This document shows positions 9,406-11,423 of a stretch of DNA of 11,423 nucleotides, one piece after another. Numbering within the stretch: the first letter of the stretch is position 1; each line of letters opens with the position of its first letter. Where the stretch lies: NCBI GenBank assembly GCA_964304625.1, contig OZ199840.1:6129153-6140575 (forward strand). Direction: 5' to 3'. Source of the DNA: Kudoa neothunni (taxonomy: Eukaryota > Animalia > Cnidaria). The notes beneath the pieces were generated by a model. It was not told the DNA's origin. It did not search any database and worked only from the letters and a program-made list of their open reading frames with translations. A program made the translations under genes and the position numbers.

Positions 9406-10005
9406 CAGGAGTTCTCAACCGTTTTTTCAAATTCATCCCCTCGACCTGGTGAAAAACCTAAAATTACCTCCTTAACTTGGAAACCAAATTCCTATTTACT
9501 TTACGGTTTTATACCTGCTTAGCTACAGCAGAGGCTACTAACAGGCTAAATTCTAATCCTAATAGACATATACGCTTCCGCAATGACAATTTTTAATTCC
9601 ATCAATCTTTACTCACAAGCTGTATATAGATTTGATTTTTTTTGATTTTTCTAAATTAAATTATTTCTTGTCAATTCCTTTGCATTTAGGGTATAGAAAT
9701 AATCCAAATTAACGACACTTGAATATTATTCACCATGAAAATAATTATTTTAAATATTATTATTATTATTAGGTTGCACTACTAAAAAATAAACATGACA
9801 TAAAAGAAAGAGAATGATAATAGTTTTATAAATAACTGTTAAATACTTATTCCTAAAAAATTTCTGCCTAATTCTTATTGATTTTAATAACCCTGAATAA
9901 TATAATTCCTTAGAAATCCCGAAGTACATCACAAACCCATAATGAAAAAATTTCCTCTATCTAATTTTGATGTTATTTAATTTACCCCCCGGCTGAAGAC
10001 CCCTG
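9406..10005. mobile_element. hAT (Buster/Charlie-type) non-autonomous element, 600 bp
   Basis: TIRs CAGGAGTTCTCAACCG (9406-9421) and CAGGGGTCTTCAGCCG (reverse complement of 9990-10005), 12/16 match. 8-bp TSD TGATATGG (9398-9405) / TGATAGGG (10006-10013) with the central TA typical of Buster-group hATs. Subterminal TTACCYCC motifs. Confidence 0.85.
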
Positions 10006-10089
10006 TGATAGGGCAATCATAAATATATTTTTGTTAATTTAAGTGAGTATTTTAATCTTATTAATAATTTTTTGGTTAAAATGCAGAAT

Positions 10090-10730
10090 AATGGCCAAAT
10101 TTTCAGATTATAGATTATAATTAGTTCGAATATTAATCCTATATTTTTAAACCCAGATTAGAGTTATATTTATGCTATAATTCCTGCCAGGAATGACTTA
10201 TTTTCATTCAATATATTATTTTTGATAGTATGGTTATGCATTTGCTACAACTGAACACCAAATGCTTTCATAGAATACGAATTCTTTCTTCTTTTAGACA
10301 TAGATTTAATAATAGGCAATCGCTAAAGATGAAATACGACAATCCAATAAAATTAGAGTTGCCTGACTTAAGTTCTACAACACATAAAGTATGCTTTACT
10401 TAAGCCAACTTAATTGATGGTAGAGCCTGTCGAAATAATCGCAAGGGACCAGGAATTCACTGCATTAATAGAATACCGCAAATGCTATTGTGATGAAAAA
10501 TAACGGTTGCAGAAAGTAACCTGCTGATGGTGCAACACTGATCAATACTCATTATTAAAACATTCAACGAGTTCGTTTTTGTATATTGTCGCCAATTTTG
10601 ATTACGGCCAATATGATACATTTTCAACCAATTTATTTTTACTTTGTATGTTGTTTGAACGATTCTTTATGTATGAAAGAGGACATATCAACTCTTTTAT
10701 TACTGCAGTATAATGATCAACTACATGGCG
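10090..10730 (+). pseudogene. Highly decayed non-LTR (LINE) reverse transcriptase remnant
   Basis: Motif ghosts in correct order and plausible spacing: SDYR (~10105; NYRPISL), HQ/NAFI (~10260; QxGF), RVA*LKFYNT*SM (~10360; VAWLD..NA.GSV), QRVRFCILSPILI (~10565-10605; GVRQGCILSP.LF), INSFITAV** (~10690-10716; YADD region). Confidence 0.45.
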
Positions 10731-10753
10731 ATTACTCGCCAACGGGGTTTTAA

Positions 10754-11423
10754 CCTTTCGGGCGCCTCCAAATTTACTTTACATTTTGTGCTTTTTGGGG
10801 TCTATTAGACCCTATGTTTTTATGGGCTCATTAAAGGCAGAAATTTTTTTTAAGCTCGTATGTCAATTTGGAAAAAATTCTATCGATTAATTTAGACACT
10901 ATTGTAAAAACATGACATAACGAATATATACGAGTGGGGTTAATGTGCCAACGGTAGAATTAACTGTGTATTAAAGTGGGTTTGTTCCAATCTTGTGTAA
11001 TAATCATAATTTTTTATTCACAAAAAAAATTTATTCCGGCATGCTATTGATGGTTTAATTAATATTATATCATTTATAAACGTGCTAAATGGTTTCTTAT
11101 AAAATATAACAGATGTCCTAATAAGTATTGTTAATTGTTTACGCATATTATTAATTCGGTTTTCCGTTCAAAAAATATTCTATATTATTCATAACAATAA
11201 AAATAGACATTAAATTAACAAATTTGATACAATTGATTAAAGGTTCAAACGAATCTGAAGATGTTTACGACAACACAAACCTTATTTGATATTTGCCGTA
11301 CGTTAGCTGAGGTAAAATAACACAAAAGCACTATCATAACACATTAAATGTTATTTTCTTTTGAGTAATCAATGCCAAGAAACTGAGAGATTTTTCACAA
11401 TAAAGCCCTAAATAAAGGATGTA
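10754..11423 (-). mobile_element. piggyBac copy 2 (right end, inverted; continues beyond window)
   Basis: Ungapped reverse complement of 1680-2349 at 663/670 identity by manual comparison. Begins TTAA (10750-10753) | CCTTTCGGGCGC and carries the GGGTCTATTAGACCC palindrome. Confidence 0.95.

Noticed and set aside
9750-9932. 60-aa ORF and short TAT repeat inside the hAT element
   Set aside because: Low-complexity AT-rich sequence with no transposase motifs.
1-11423. CRISPR array, tRNA/rRNA or prokaryotic defence system
   Set aside because: No regularly spaced direct repeats or structural RNA signatures seen; spliceosomal introns and TE types show the DNA is eukaryotic.

Overview
AT-rich eukaryotic (animal-type) genomic window. 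The centre holds one intact, heavily spliced minus-strand gene, protein O-mannosyltransferase 2 (POMT2; 4847-8028, 22 exons, ~723 aa by hand translation). Its 21 introns are all miniaturised (37-58 bp), which is why the ORF track only shows fragments. The rest is mostly DNA-transposon debris: a full-ended but decayed piggyBac (481-2349, TTAA TSDs), a Tigger/pogo element with its catalytic core deleted (2685-4126, TA TSDs), a hAT/Buster-type non-autonomous element (9406-10005, 8-bp TSD), and probable LINE RT and gag remnants. The most striking structure is a second, inverted copy of the piggyBac starting at 10754 and running off the window. The two copies bracket POMT2. They are identical over 584 bp internally, while all 7 differences lie in the terminal 86 bp, and the two TIRs of copy 1 share variants that copy 2 lacks. 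All assignments come from manual reading and remembered family motifs; no searches were run.
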